Of a DNA stretch of 64,000 nt, positions 1-13,812 are shown in pieces; position 1 is the first letter of the stretch; every line of letters starts with the position of its first letter. Origin of the DNA: Haplodiscus bocki (taxonomy: Eukaryota); contig OZ296659.1 of assembly GCA_965655095.1 (NCBI GenBank), positions 45,694,001 to 45,758,000 of the forward strand. The letters run 5' to 3'. The notes beneath the pieces are model-generated. The model was given only the letters and a program-made list of their open reading frames with translations. It was not told where the DNA came from and ran no database searches. A program made the translations under genes and the position numbers.

Positions 1-880
1 TCGGGTTTGCGAATTATAGCAGGGCGATTGGTTGATTGTATGCGTTGAAAATAAATTGTTATGCGGAAGCAGTGTACGAATAACTTTGAAAAGAAGATTG
101 TTCAAGTTGATGACTAATGCATGTTTTGAAAAAACGGTGGACAATTTAGGAATTCGATCCAAAAAAATTGTCAACTCCTCAACAACAAGCCTAAGCCTTC
201 GCTCAGGGAGCAACCATAGAGTGTTCTCAGTTCACTGGACAGCAATTGGTCTGTGTGTTTTTCAAAAGTTCGCCTGTGGTGTGCACTAAATCAATTCCAG
301 TGGAGGCTTCTATTCTGGAATTTTCAAAATCATCACTGCTGAAATTCCATTATGAAGAAATGGTACCTCGCTACTTGTCTGGTCAACTGAAAGCAGCCCA
401 TGAAGACACTGATTCGCCCTTATGTTCGATTAAAACGCCTGATTTGTACAAATTTATGTCGTCCCTTGCTTCCAAAACTTGTTTGACTTTTCATATCACT
501 CGCAAGGACACTCTACATGATCAAGCTAAAAAAATTTACTTTTAACGATGACAGACTTGTTGCCAAGTAAAGGTCTGCGTTTATTCATTTGTCAACGATC
601 AAAACTATACAGTATTGAATACGTAGGTGGGAAGAAGCGGAGCCTTAAAGACTTTCAAAAATCAATCGAAAAACTCTGAAGCAATATTTATTTCAGAAGC
701 GCCGGTTCTCAAAGAAGAGAATTATGAAAACGCTGACATATTTGTGCTCACACTGTCATGAAATTTTGGTGAACGAAATTGAGAAAGTGGAAAGAGTCCA
801 TTGGACGAAAAACGGCACCTCCTTGAAAACGGAGTCTCATCGCTGGCATATGGGCATTACTTAATCTCAACACTTGTTGA
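1..880 (+). pseudogene. C-terminal relic of a Polinton protein-primed DNA polymerase B (old element)
   Basis: Broken frames retain degenerate pPolB motifs: FKLMTNACFEKT (KLxxNxxxGK), PVEASILEFSK, HEDTDS (YxDTDS) and terminal DEKRHLLENGVSSLAYGHY at ~800-865. Confidence 0.8.
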
Positions 881-1039
881 CCAAACCACAGATCGGAGTT
901 CAGGCCTGTCTTTTTGCTTTAGAAAAGTCATCTCACTTCTAGTTTTTCTACATCATTAGTTTTTTTAAACCCCTCCAAAGATGCGCCAAGCACTTGCTCA
1001 GTTTGTTGCGACCTTTTTGATTTTGACGTTATCTAGCAA

Positions 1040-2250
1040 TCGAAATGTTTTTTAATTGTTTTTCACAGAATCGATGAACACTTGATTGAACCTTTCGCCC
1101 AAGAGAAAAAACTCAATTGCGTCGTCAAGAGTTTTATAGAAGTACATTTTTGGGATAAAACTTGAACCGGCGTGCTCGGGAAACAATGCAAGTTTTTGCT
1201 GGCCTCTTCAGTGCAAGTTAAAAAACTAACAAAAACGAAAAAAAAAATTAATTTTCGTCTAAATTTTCCAATCTTTTTCCGTTCCCGCTTTTGCTGAACC
1301 CAAGAGCTGTTATTTTTTTCATGTAAAGCCTGACATTTTTTCTCGTTACCAGGGGCGCCTCCAACCAGTGGCACGCCATTACCACGTTGATTTTCAACCT
1401 CCTGAATTTCGAATTTTCGGTCGGATAAGGGTGAAAGGTTCAATGGTGTACTGCGGAAGAGTGAGTTTCCCAGCAGTTACAAAGTTAATCTGCGTTTGGT
1501 ATCCGTTCCAAACACAGTTTCTGTGATGAAACAGTTTTGAGGATAAAAGGCGCAACTCTTTGAAGAAGCTTTTCCGAAAGACAATTCCACACTGTGTGTG
1601 ACCGCCACTTTTCTGACGAATAGAGAAGTTTTCTCAGTGACTGATTGTACTTTGCCGTCTAGAGTTTTCGCTCCTTTGTCTGTTTCTTTCATTAAAAGCA
1701 GTGTTGTTCCCAATCCGAAATGTGATGTAATGCACCGTAGAGGTCTGCCAAGACTTTTTGCGATCGAAGTTGGCGTACAGTTCATTGGACGCTTGATACT
1801 GCTCTTTTGTTCGTGTCAAGTAAATATATTTCTGACATTTTCCCCAGGTTTTTTTCCCTCTGTGTCCGTGTTCAGTACAACTTCGAGGAATTCCGACTGT
1901 AAGTAGCAGTTGTTGCTGTGTGAGATAAGCCTACCGTTTAATTTTAATTCAGCAAGAGGAAACAAAGTGTTGAGCCTGTTGTTTGAAAATGGGGTGCTCA
2001 TTGACTTTGGCGTGAGTTTTGCCATTCTGCCTATAGATTTCATCTTTTACACTCAAAGGAATACGATTCAAGTCAATCAAATTTTTTGCTTCTGCTGTGT
2101 CAAAAAACTGAATTGGGTACCTCAACATTCTACATGAGGAAACAATTCTTGATCGTGGGAACCTTCGTGGTTGATCAATAGGTTTGGTTTACCCAAAAGG
2201 TGCGAAACACTATGCGTGACTGGGCTGGCAGTTCCCAATGCGCTACTAGA
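1040..2250 (-). pseudogene. Relic Polinton major capsid protein
   Basis: Fragments PFSNNRLNTLFPLAELKLNGRLISHSNNCYLQSEFLE, SLFVRKV and GERFNQVFIDS resemble Polinton double-jelly-roll MCP; many stops and frameshifts; boundaries approximate. Confidence 0.7.
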
Positions 2251-2399
2251 GAATGTTGTACATTTATTTGTTACTGAAGCCAGGATGTTTCGTTATTGTA
2301 TCCAACCTTGAGTTTCAGACAGAAAATCCGACCGAATTCTCATTCTTTTTTTGGGAATTCTTTTCGTCGGTGAATTCGACAAAGATAGCGCCGATGATG

Positions 2400-2731
2400 A
2401 TGGTGGTCGAGAAAAATTGTTGTGTCTCGTGTGATTTGTGTCATGCGACCGCGGTTCAACGACGCCCGCCGGCCCGCTCGGCGCCCGCACGCCGGTCTCT
2501 GCCGCCCGGCGCGGCACTCCGCCCGCGAGCACTGAGACGGTGTGGAAGCTCAGAGACGGTTTCTCCAGCCGTGTCTAAAATAATTCAGCGTTTCGCCATT
2601 CGGTCTTTTTCGCCGGTCAAAACTTGGCCATGTTCGGTTATAGCGGCTTGCAACATACTTTCCTCAACCTGCTGAGCGACAGGAAGGATGTTTTCGCAGA
2701 CAACCGGAATCGCCAATCTCCCAATTCGCAT
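2400..2731 (-). pseudogene. Relic Polinton basic core-like protein with Gly/Arg/Ala-rich tail
   Basis: Reads MRIGRLAIPVVCENILPVAQQVEESMLQAAITEHGQVLTGEK...ARGRSAAPGGRDRRAGAERAGGRR; lies between the minor and major capsid relics. Confidence 0.5.
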
Positions 2732-2739
2732 TTCTGTTC

Positions 2740-3765
2740 AATGTGGTTTAGACCCAACTGCGACAGTGATGCTTGTGCGACCACAACTCAGAAAAGGTTT
2801 TTTCTGACCCATTTAATTGACCAAAGTCAGTGTGAATGACTGGAATTGTAACTTGTAATTTCTTTTCCACTGCAAGTCTGATAATTTCTGGTGGTTCATC
2901 TCGCTTCTCTATTAGTTCGTTGGAATTAAGCCGTCGAGGCAAATATGCATTACAACAACGTAGTTTGTGTGTCACCCAATGTCTGACTCTGAATCAGGTT
3001 GCAGTTTGAAAACATTGTGTGACTTCCAGAATAGACGTCTACTGGCCACTGCTCTGAGTTTTTAACTACTGTCAACTCTGGCTTGTTTTGCTGATCGTCA
3101 TACAACTTGGAGTCAACGTTGTTTTTCTTATCTATGCCACTGCTCAGCGTTTTGGCATTCAATTTTTGTGGTCATGCCCAGAGTATTTTTCAAGTCTTGT
3201 CAAAACGCTTTGATTACCAAACCATGTTTTTTCACATTCTCACAAAAGTTTACGTGGAGGTCTTGCGTCAACTTGTCAACTTTCCAAGAAATGGTTGTTG
3301 ACGGGCTAAGTGTGTCTTCATTCTGCTCGATGTGCGGCAATAACGTTTTTTCCTTGCTGTTTCCGGTAGCACTTTTCATGATCCCATCCTTGGTATCATC
3401 AATGGATGAATAACAATCTGCCTTTGGTAACGTACTTCTAGTGTGCTGACTTTCATTACTGGATCTTTTCTGAAGTGCTGTGGGACTCTCATTAAACTAA
3501 TCCCTGTCGCCACCGCTGGGAAGTTTCTGGGTAGTTGAATGATGACTCGGCTCGGAACGCTTTTTGAAACCGAACTTTTCCCGTCAGTTACATTGCAATC
3601 CGTTGCCACCCTAGAGTTTCCCAGCAAAGCCACCTGCCGGTCTGTAAAGTCATGGCTGTTGACAGAATTGTTTTAAAAGCTGACAACTTTTTTCCGGCAA
3701 ACGTTTCCATTGATGCATTCGGAATCAATGTCAGCGTCAATTCATTACCGGCACAACCAACCATG
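2740..3765 (-). pseudogene. Relic Polinton minor capsid (penton) protein
   Basis: N-term LTLTLIPNASMETF...VALLG..CNVTDGK; middle PVDVYSGSHTMFSNCNLIQSQTLGDTQTTLL; C-term FQSFTLTLVN*MGQKKPFLSCGRTSITV. All fit the Polinton mCP pattern. Confidence 0.7.
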
Positions 3766-3859
3766 TCATCAGAAGATAAAATCTCATTTCAAACGACTTG
3801 TGGCTTTCGATCAGAAAAAACTGTTCAAATTGGTGCAATTTTGGGTGGCTGTTGTTAAT

Positions 3860-4844
3860 GTGGTACCGAACAACTTGAGCAATGCAATTTTTTTAAATTT
3901 ACCTTCCATGGTTTCGTCGTTCACGTCTTTGACAATGTGTGTTGGGGGAGTTTTTGAGGTTTTGTGTGAAACTGTGAGAAGTTCTTCTATGAATTGTACC
4001 GTTTTACTACCACGCAATGTTTCAGTTTTCCTCCCGTTGTGATCTCGGTCGCTGATTCTGAGCTTTGGCCCCTGTGGTGACGGACTATTACAAAGAGATA
4101 CTTAGTATGTAACCTTTTTGAAAAACTGTTGTTGGAGCGAACTTTGTCATACAAGTGATTCTGTTGTGTATGAATAAAACAATTTTCTCGAGTTGATCAA
4201 TGGATTTATTTTTGTCCTGCTATTCAAACCATCGACAATTGATGCTTTTCATTGCTGTAATGTGTCTCTTCGCTATAGCAGACTGTGCCTCATTTTTTGT
4301 GCACTAGATTTTGATGCCAGTCTTTTCGCAAACACAGCATAGTTACTTGCAAATCCTTCATCTTTGTCAGCCCGAACGTTTTCGGGAAATCTTTCGGATG
4401 AACAAAATTTCGCAGCATTGCAATGCCTACTAGTTCCAATTATTTTTTCAGTGCCTTGTTGCTAGCTTTCGAGGTCTTTGAGTTGACACAATATATCCGT
4501 AGAAACTAACTCAATTTGTCCGCTGCCACGAAGAGTTACCTAACTCCCGAACTTTTCTTGGCAACTTGTTGCATGTCATACAAATCCATTGAACAAACCT
4601 CCTTCAGGTGATTTTTCACAACTTTAAGTTTCTGGGAACGTTTTCAATTTAGTTTGAACTCTCCCGAAAATTCACTCGAGTTCAGGTAACGATCAAAATG
4701 TTTGAATGAGCATTTAATACCTCTGAGTACGTTTTCGCGACTACCAAAAGCCGTTGATTTTTCAAGGTTTGTACAGGCGTAGTGTGTCTTAATATATCCA
4801 GCTGCGAGGCGATGATCATTTGGAATCAAATCTCTACTTTTCAA
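3860..4844 (-). pseudogene. Relic Polinton retroviral-like (rve) integrase
   Basis: TAFGSRENV...YLNSS, EVCSMDLYDMQQVAKKSSGVR*LFVAADKLS and C-terminal QFIEELLTV...PPTHIVKDVNDETMEGKF match Polinton integrase organisation. Confidence 0.75.
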
Positions 4845-6079
4845 ACATTTTGATATAGGAAGGTGTCATGGTAATCGGACACATTTATTAAACCTGAATA
4901 ATTGAAATGAGCCCAACATCACACGTGGCACCACAACAGATGACAAGATTTGATCTTGCACCCGTTTTCAACAGCATCTGCAGAACCATTTCCTTAACGC
5001 CGCTCGACTGAAATTGAACTCAGATTGTAAGCCAACTGTTGGGAGGATCAGTGTCAAAATTGATGCGTCTGCTGGGCGGCTATCCGTGCGCCGACCGGTT
5101 CTCAATTGGAAAACTTGTCTGTCTGACGTAAGTGTTTGCCAACAGAAGTTGTGGCCGGGCAAGTATCTTTAACAAATTGAGAAATTGCTTGGCTGACTGT
5201 TCGGTGTTCACTTGGAGAGAGGTTAGAAAGTCTGTTATATTTTTCGTTGCATTTTCTCGGTGGATGAAATGTTCTGATTGCTCTCATCAAGGCTCACCCG
5301 CTCGTTCTTTTGGTTTGACCTCAAAAATTGTCGAGATGGTTCATTTGTGCCGCCCGCTTTTCCAGACTGGAGCAGGCTGCGTAGACTATTTTGTGGTGTT
5401 TTGTTCTATTGGGAATCCTCGTTTTCTTGTGGGATTTATGTTTGTGTTTTTGACTTTTTTGATCTTGAAGCGTTCAGTTCAAATTGAATTCAGGAATCAG
5501 TGCTTGATCTTCATCAATTGCTTGGCTCGTGACCGCTTTGTCTTTTTGTAAAGAACATGGATACTCTAGTGACGCAGGCACTTGAGCTAGATTGTGCTGT
5601 TTTGTTTTTTTTGCGATAATCCATGCGTTTGTTTCCGTTTTGTGGTTGTTTTTTCGGAAAGCTGTACTCGTCGTTAGTAATGAGGATAAACTTTTAACCG
5701 TTTAATGTCACGGAAGGATTTCAAAAGATTTAACGCTGAAGGCCGAATGGTCTTGAGTGAAGATAAATCTCGGAGAAGCCAGCAGTTGACTTTTATGTTT
5801 GATTGAAACTTTTCTTTTGAAACAGAACCTTAATAATGGTTTTGTCTAGAAAAAAAGCAGCGATTTTTGCTGGAACTTCCTCTAATTCAACTTTTCCTTT
5901 TACCACGTTAAAGATACAATCTCAAAAAGATCAATATCCTATCATACCAGTTCAAATCAAAACATTTTTTCAATATCACAGAAAAATTATTGTACAAAAC
6001 AACCGTAAACACTTCTTGTTAAGCGCAATGTCTAGGTGCAAGCAAAGTTGATCTGTTAAACAGTAAAAAATGGACGGCT

Positions 6080-6678
6080 TGTCACCGGAACAATCTGAAG
6101 AATGCCTCAGGGTTTTACTGCTTCAGCATGCGACCAAAAAGTTTTTGAGTAGCTTTTTTGAAGGCTCCCACTGCGGCCTGTTGGTCTCTCAATTAAGGAC
6201 CCAAAACACCAATCTGTTCGGAAACTCGAGCTGTTGAAAAAAAATTTTGTGTGACGGTGAAATCGATTGTTCTTCTTCATCTATTGACATAAATTGTGTC
6301 GGTCGCAAAACCATCTAATGGACGTCGCGATGTCGATCAGTAACCACTAGTGTCAAAAACTTTTTTCTTTGTGCAGCTTCATCGAACAAATCATCCAACA
6401 AGAACAAACTTCGTTTCTTCTGTGCCTCACGTTTTTGCGAATAGTTCCATTCTACGCCTTGAATTATATCAGTGTCAACATGTTTGTACTGACAGTCCAT
6501 TAAAATGGTACCGTAATGTTGCTGATACTGTTTTCAAAAGTAGATTAATTTTCTCGCAGCTGGGTGATTTTTTTTCTGGATTGACAGTCATACGCCCAAT
6601 CAGTCTGGTTTTACACGATCCTGCAGAGCCCAAAACAAACATAAAGCAATGAAGCTGAATGCTTATGCGCTTAGTCAT
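6080..6678 (-). pseudogene. Relic A32/FtsK-like packaging ATPase of the old Polinton
   Basis: Degenerate Walker A (MFVLGSAGSCKT), Walker B (LFLLDD) and RH motif (VTDRHRDVH); left boundary approximate. Confidence 0.7.
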
Positions 6679-9600
6679 TGCTTTGATGTGGGTAAATCAT
6701 AGTGCAATTAGGCTGTCAAAAGCGCTAATATACCTGACGCATATCTGTTGTCTTCTTCAGAAAGCATGGCAAAAGTTTTACAGAAAAAAACAATCAAAAT
6801 AGCTGAATGGTGAATCAAAATTACAAGCAACGAATGTTTGAGTTTCATTTTGTCACCGCATGAGAAGTTAGGACTAAACGGTGGCAGCTCGTGGTTAAAG
6901 TAATCGAAAACTGGTTGATCATTTTTACATTGAGAACGTTGTCCAAAGTCGGGTTCAACCGCTACTTGTTGCTCATGTTTCAAGCAAATGTCACTGTAAG
7001 AACCGCTAGAACAAGTCGATTTTACGTCGTTTATGGCAAAAGAAGACAGTTATTTTTGAAACACGTTGCCTGTGCGGAAGGAATCCGACTGTTTGTCAAG
7101 TTAGAAGTTTTCAGACGGTTGGAACGGAAAGTTGTCGAAGCACTGAGAATTGAAGAAATTCATCAACCTCCAATATGGATTTATCGAAATTTTACTCATT
7201 GGCATGCTGTTTTTAATGTATTTTCCCGTTTTCATCGTAAAAACGTAACCAGCCCCGACGGTCTTTCTACTCCTCATGTACCCATAGGCATAATGAAAAA
7301 TTGCGTAATTTTATCAAAAAGTTTGGAAAATTCACGTAATTATGGTGGAGACTGTCGCCTGCTCCAATTTTATGTCCGAAGGGTGCCCTTGAATTTGTTT
7401 TCTGCAGGTCCTTTGATTCATCCAGGTAGACGCAGACCGCGAGAAAAGCCTCTTTAGAAGTTGTGTTTGGGAAACCAGTAAAGAACCTTCACAAAGTTTT
7501 CGCAAATACCTTTTGAAGGAAACGTTTTTCCTCCGCGCATCGGAATTGAAGCAAGCGTCTCTTTCACAGAAGAAGTATTGAAGAATTGATGTATCAATGA
7601 TTGTTTCCGGCTCGTAAGCATAAAAAAGTTATGGAGTGTAGTTGTTCGCCTCTTGGGTTGTCGAACCGATGAGATGAAGTGGTTGATTGAGCCATTCAAA
7701 ACGCGTACATTGCTCATTGGTTTTCCCCCAATCAAAATCCATGGTGCGACTGCGTTCTGACAGGTATATTCGCCCTAATCATTTTTTGTAAGAGGTCAGT
7801 GAAGGACATTACGCTGTCTTTGAACGGCATGTTTGATTTCTCAAGCTCAACCAGACGTTGAAAAAGAAATAATTCCTTCTCTGTATCACCGGACGTTGCC
7901 AATGAATTGTGCTTTTCGTACTCCCATGTACAATGGAAGTTGCAGCCAAGTCCCCTGTCGTCTTCTTTTTGACCAAGGATTGCATCTTTTCGTTTCTAAC
8001 TGAAATGGCACCGGTGTTTAAATTGTTTACTTCTGCTCTGAGAAGGTTTTGGGGATATGAAACAGTCATCGTTTCACCATGAGCGTTTTGTGCTGTGGAT
8101 AAAACCTGGATAATAGTCTGCTTCAATAGGTTTCCGCGTTGACAGAAGCTGGAATGTATAGCGAAGTATTTTGATGATTTGAGGGCATTGTTTGACAAAT
8201 TCCGTCCAGTTGCTCAGAGTTGACTTCGATTTCTTGATGTTGTCTGCTGACATATTGAGCCTTCTGCGAGCACTTAAAGTTCTCAAGAGCCTTACACTTA
8301 CTCGGAGGTATTGAGTTAGGAAATGTTTTTCGCGTGATGTCAAAAAGATTCTGAACTGTTGCATTTTCATTTGTAAAAAATAGGAGCAACCGAAATTTCG
8401 AAGGAACTTCTGAACAGAGTAGTCATTTGTTTCAACTGTTGGAGTCAAAAGCAACTAATTGTGGGCTGATTTTTCCTGTGATTTAGCGGTCCCAGAGTTT
8501 TTGTTATCTAATTCATGTCAAAGTGAACAATTTTTTGTCCAGTTGATACATTTTTCCATCAACATGGAAGAAATGCAGATTTGGCACAGTGACGATCCTT
8601 CATGAAATGCTGCAAGCGGCTGAGTGTGCGAAGTGTGCTAGCAATCTGTAAAGTCTAAACTAGATATTGCTGGTAACGTTTTTCCTAGGTTTTCTCTATC
8701 TCGAGTTGGGACTAAATTTGACAATTGTCAAAAACTCTAGTGAAATTTATTTTTACACTTTTGCTGTTTCATGCCTCGAAAGTTGATATTGGCATTGTTA
8801 ACTCCTCAGTCACAGAGGGGTTGGGGCATCATTTTTTACTCTCTAAATCGAAAAGTGTTCAAATTTTGAGGAATTCAATTTTTGTAGAACCACTTACACA
8901 ATTTCACTGCTGAACGAATAAATGTCAAATTAAAGGTAGAGAGGTGCCAAAATTGACATTAGTGTACTTGGTGGACAAAACTGAGTTTCAGTTAATTTTA
9001 TACATTGACCTCTTTGATTTGGAAAACCTCGGCTTCGTAGTCGAAAATTGCATTTAACATCCCTTCTTTTCTACTAATGAAAATTTCGTCCGGACTCCAA
9101 TTTTCAAGTGGGGTACAAATTTTGCCAATTGGAAGCCCAGTTCAAATTGGACGCCCTGATGCAACTGAAAATAGTTTTTGCTTTTACTTTTTGATGTAAT
9201 ATCATTGTACTCTGAAAGTTCTGAACGTGTTCCCAATGCTAAAATAGCCTGTGAAACAATCACTCCTAACTTGGAATCAGACGATATGCAGCTTTCCGAT
9301 GGAACTTCAAAACTAGATGAAATGCGATAGAAATTAAATCGCTAATGGGGGCTTATATGTATATGGTATCTAGAGAAGTCGAAGTGCAAGTCTCTCTAGC
9401 CGTTCATTTAGTTATGAGGTTTTATCAGAAGGATATGCGTCGTCGGATTCGTAGTGCAGAGTGGTTTTTCACAAGCCATTTTAGTTTTTAGTCGTGCGGA
9501 AGTTACAGAGTACTACGAACTTGTATCAAAACGTATGCGCAACTACTGCTTTCAGCTGTAACGGTGCTTCGAGTTTCAGACAGGCATATAAATTGGAGCA

Positions 9601-10208
9601 TTTGGTAACCTTGTTGAAAATTGGAAGCCTAACAACGTTTTTGCTCGGAAATTTTTTGCAGCAGTTTTGAGCTAGCCCGTCTGAGTCAACTTTTTTTGAA
9701 AATTGAACGTTTGATAAATGAAAAAATGGGAAAAATTGTTGTAGAACTTGACTTCTGCAAAGTTTGAGCTTTTGTCCTGACTCATGGAGCTTTTCATTGG
9801 GGTTCCTTTTGGTCGCTAACTTCGCATTATAATCATGCATCACAAATTGAGCCTATCAAGTAACCCTTTTCTGGCTTCAAAATGTTGGAACAAAAATGAA
9901 TTGTGTTGAAAAATTCAATTGTCTTCCCGTTCATTTATTGTGTTCATCCAAATTTTGTCTCATTACGATGAACTAATTTGTGGCATTTTAGCATAACTCA
10001 TAACTTAAGAGATTGTTGAGAAAAAGTATAAAAATCAATTTGTCAAAGTAATTGGTTGGGGGGATTTTTGCAGCAGTTAGGAAGGATCTTTTCTGTTAAT
10101 TCTCCCCTACAGTACAATCGCAAAATATAGCTCCCCCCACGGAGAAGCGAACTTGTCTGTGAGTGGCTAAAATTCACTCGCGCATGAAATAAAACATTAC
10201 GCCGCTTA

Positions 10209-11007
10209 CAGTACTGTGATAAAGAAATGGAACATAAGGCTGTGAAAAAGCAATGGGACAGCTGAATATCTAAAAGTCTAACCAACTTACAAGGAAGTTT
10301 CAGGAACAAAAGTTTCTTAGATTTTTACGTAGAATACAATGGTTTTTGTTTGAAAAAAAATGGATCAATATATATTAGAAGATAGCGACTCGAATTTTTA
10401 CTCCTGAAGATGTCTTTTTTTAATCGTGACATATTTAATGCTTTTTAACCCTGCCTTTTTTGTAATCGTGACATATTTAATGCTTTTTAACCCTTTCGGG
10501 AAAAATTATTCTGCTTCGAGCCTAACATCCTTTAACTTCTGGAAGGCAAAAAGTGCGTTCTCATAAAAATCGACTTTTTAGACAGCGAAAATTGCTTTTA
10601 CATGTATTAAGATAGGGTATAGCACTTTCTGCATGAAACTTGTCGATTTTCTTCCCAGTTTTTGGCAATTTCAAAAATTCAACCATACTACTATGCCCGC
10701 GAATTGATAGGGTATCGGCTCACACCAAAAGAAATTGAAAATATAATTTCTAACATGAGCAAATATGAGTTTTTAAAAGAAAATTGTAAGTAATAGCAGT
10801 TTAAGATGGGTTTACAAACCATCTAATATCACGACTTTCAAGCTTTTGAGATCATTTTTGTAAGCACAAATCTTGAAAGGCAAAAAAGAAGAGCTTGAAA
10901 TAATTACACCCTCGATAAGTTGCCTACATTGACTACAAAACGCCGAAAACTAATGTGTCCCATTTCTTTTTCACAGCCTTATGTTCTATTTCTTTATCAC
11001 AGTACTG
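10209..11007. mobile_element. Tc1/mariner-type non-autonomous element (MITE), 799 bp
   Basis: 52-bp TIRs (10209-10260 and 10956-11007, 2 mismatches) starting CAGTACTGTG, flanked by TA on both sides; internal 32-bp direct duplication at 10421-10452 and 10463-10494. Confidence 0.85.
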
Positions 11008-11021
11008 TATTATTCCGCATA

Positions 11022-11430
11022 CACTCATTATCCCTCATAAGAACACAGTTATTGAAATCGAGCCTCCTTTGTTCTTGACGAAAACAGAGAATTGAGGCTC
11101 AATTGTTCTTAAAGTTTTCTTTAGCTACATAATTGACGTAATTCTCGTTCAGTCTATGAAAATACTGAGTTCTAAAGCAGATATTAATTAGTGCAGCTCT
11201 GCGGCTGCTACGTGTAATTCAACTAACAAAATTGTGCGGCTGCTAATTTCCCTCGGACAAACAAAAACTCTATTTAATTAGGAATTAGAATCAGAAATCC
11301 AGAATTATATTTTGTCTTATAACAATTTTTGAATAAATTTGAGCCTGAATTGTTCTTGAGTGTTCTTAATCAAGAGAATTTTCAGACCCTCATTTTCTTA
11401 TAAAATTGTTTTTGTAAAAGATAATGAGTG
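11022..11430. mobile_element. Second MITE-like element
   Basis: Ends CACTCATTATC...GATAATGAGTG are inverted; internal GTTCTT-rich subterminal repeats; TA on left, CA on right. Confidence 0.5.
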
Positions 11431-13812
11431 CATCCATTATGGTGTGTGTGTGTGGGGGGGGGGGGGGGGTGCGAGAGTTAAATGAGTGGGGGGAATTAAG
11501 AGAAAAGATCCGTTAGGAATACTGAATAAGACCCACTATGTCGTTATAAGTGCAGTTTCGAAGTGTTATCCCGACCCCGGGGTGCCAATCACATTGGGTT
11601 CTACTTCCCGTGGCTGGCTGATAAACTAAATTTATATCAGTTTGGCGATCATTTCAAATTTCCTCGAAAACCAATTGGGTCTTTCCAGTTATTCCACCTC
11701 TCCAACAGATTCCACCAGTTGAAGCTGGGGCTACTGCTAATAGTGTATTTCCTGAATACATCTTTTGAGCGTCTGTAGACTGTGACACAATCCACAATTG
11801 TGTTACTGAAGCTTATTGAAGTAAACAAACAGCTAGTTCCAATAACTTTATCAAACAGAAACTTAACAATACTGCTCAGCTGAGCATCACCTGGGGGAAA
11901 ATAATAATTTCGTCAGTAGGGCTGGGGGGAATAACGGAAAAGACCCAACCAGTCTAATTGTTTCTTGTGTCTCAATGAAATCATTAGCGGTACTTCTTTG
12001 CACTAGCTTGAGAAAATTGAAATCTATCCCCAAGAGCCCATATGTGTATTTTATTATGCCCACCTCCTTTGTATGAAGGCAACAATTCGCATCTAAGTAC
12101 CTGCCCACTTTTAAATAGACTTAATGGGTTTTGAAGAGAAAAAGCGACATTGAATTTAATTAATACTTACTGTGTAGTTCTTGCAACGTTCAGGAAACCT
12201 TATGAACCCGCATCGGTGCTAATGGTCTCTGCTTTCAGTAGAGGTTATTAGGTTACGGGGGGTTGCAAAAGATCAGAAAGATCGAATGGTTCATTATAAA
12301 AATTATAGGAAAAGATATATAATTCAGACTGGAGTCAATTTGCATAAATTGAATGCTCTATCTACGATAATGAGTGTTACATGTAATTGGACCATGGTTC
12401 GCCGCTCAACTCTAATTTTAAGCCGCGTATTAATGAAGTGTTGACTCACCAACGGAACCCCGAAATCGCAGATTTTCTTTGTTAATGTTTGCTAAAAATA
12501 GTTGGCTGTTTGAATGGACACTGTTGAAAGATTTATAGGCATTAAGCTGATCTTAATGCCAATTGATTTTCCTTTTTTTTCGCACTTCGCAAACGCTGGA
12601 GTGATTGACGACTGACTGAGCGAGGCTGAGCATTAAATTGCACCGGATAATTTCCTACTTATTATTTACGTTTATTCTTTTGTATTTACTTTGTTAGATT
12701 TCAAGTACTTGATTCAAATACTCAAACTTGTCGATTTAATTCGCATCTTATTTTCCATTTTTTTTTTCAAAACAGTCTCTATTCATTTCGTCAAAGAAAA
12801 TTCTCTGAAAGTGTCGAAAAAATTCAAACTATTCAAAGCGGCAAGAATTGACCGGTAGACCATCAAAAACGAAATTTTCGATTCTTTGAATAGTGTGAAT
12901 TTTTCGATGTGATTGGAATTTTAGCTAATTTCATTTAATCACAAGTTTTTTGTCATTCTAAGTTCTTAGCGCAAAATCCTTGACGCCTCTCTTTTACGAA
13001 AAAGGGTTTTCTTTAGTAAAACACTGATGCATTATCGTCATGGTGTGGAAAAGCCTTGTCAATAAAAATTGTTGTTGTTGCTGGTGTTGTTGTTTTCATT
13101 GTTCTTTTCTGATTTTAGAGAGATGGTGAATTGTTCCATAGGTTGAGCGGCCAATTTTCAAACCCAAGGTTCCGACGCTGTATTTTTTAAATCGCCAACC
13201 GCTAATTTGACAATCGTTACATTGCCATTTTTGTTTATCAAAATTCACTACCAACAATTGACAATCACATCCAAATTTCTTAACTTTTTGGGAATGAGGT
13301 ACTTCAGAGAAACACTTGTAACACTGGTCATTGCCTTTTGAGGGAGCACAAAAAAGACGAAGTAAAATCCTCAAGAATTGGACTTCAGGGCAACCACTTC
13401 GGTTACTCTCCCTTTACTCCCTTTAGCCTAATTGTTGTGATAAACCTATTAAATAGTTTCAGATAATGAAAGTTGTCTAGACGTTGATACTACTGGAGAC
13501 TGTGGAAAAAATTGTGGCGAACAATTCATTCTTCAAATATCAACTCGAGCATTCGACCTAGAGATTCAGAGCCTTCTTCAAAATAAAACTCAGGAGCAAA
13601 GAGTTCGCAGCAAACTTCTGAATTTAGTTGAATCTTGGAATAAACAATACGGTGCTTCTACAGATTACTCGATTTGGCCGACCATGACGGATGCCAAAGT
13701 TGTTACCAATGATCCTCAGATTCCTCCGTTACGATACTAAGATCAAACCCCTCTGGTAAAAGGAAACGTTCAAAAAAGACTCAGCAGCCCTAATAGTGAG
13801 ACAGAAAAACTA

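Noticed and set aside
6891-8454. Second integrase/penton pair in the old relic, or a real 188-aa plus-strand gene
   Set aside because: The minus strand looks like decayed coding sequence, but I could not find convincing motifs; the plus-strand ORF has no recognisable features.
13096-13800. 2A-like peptide at the start of LINE ORF1
   Set aside because: No DxExNPGP motif found.
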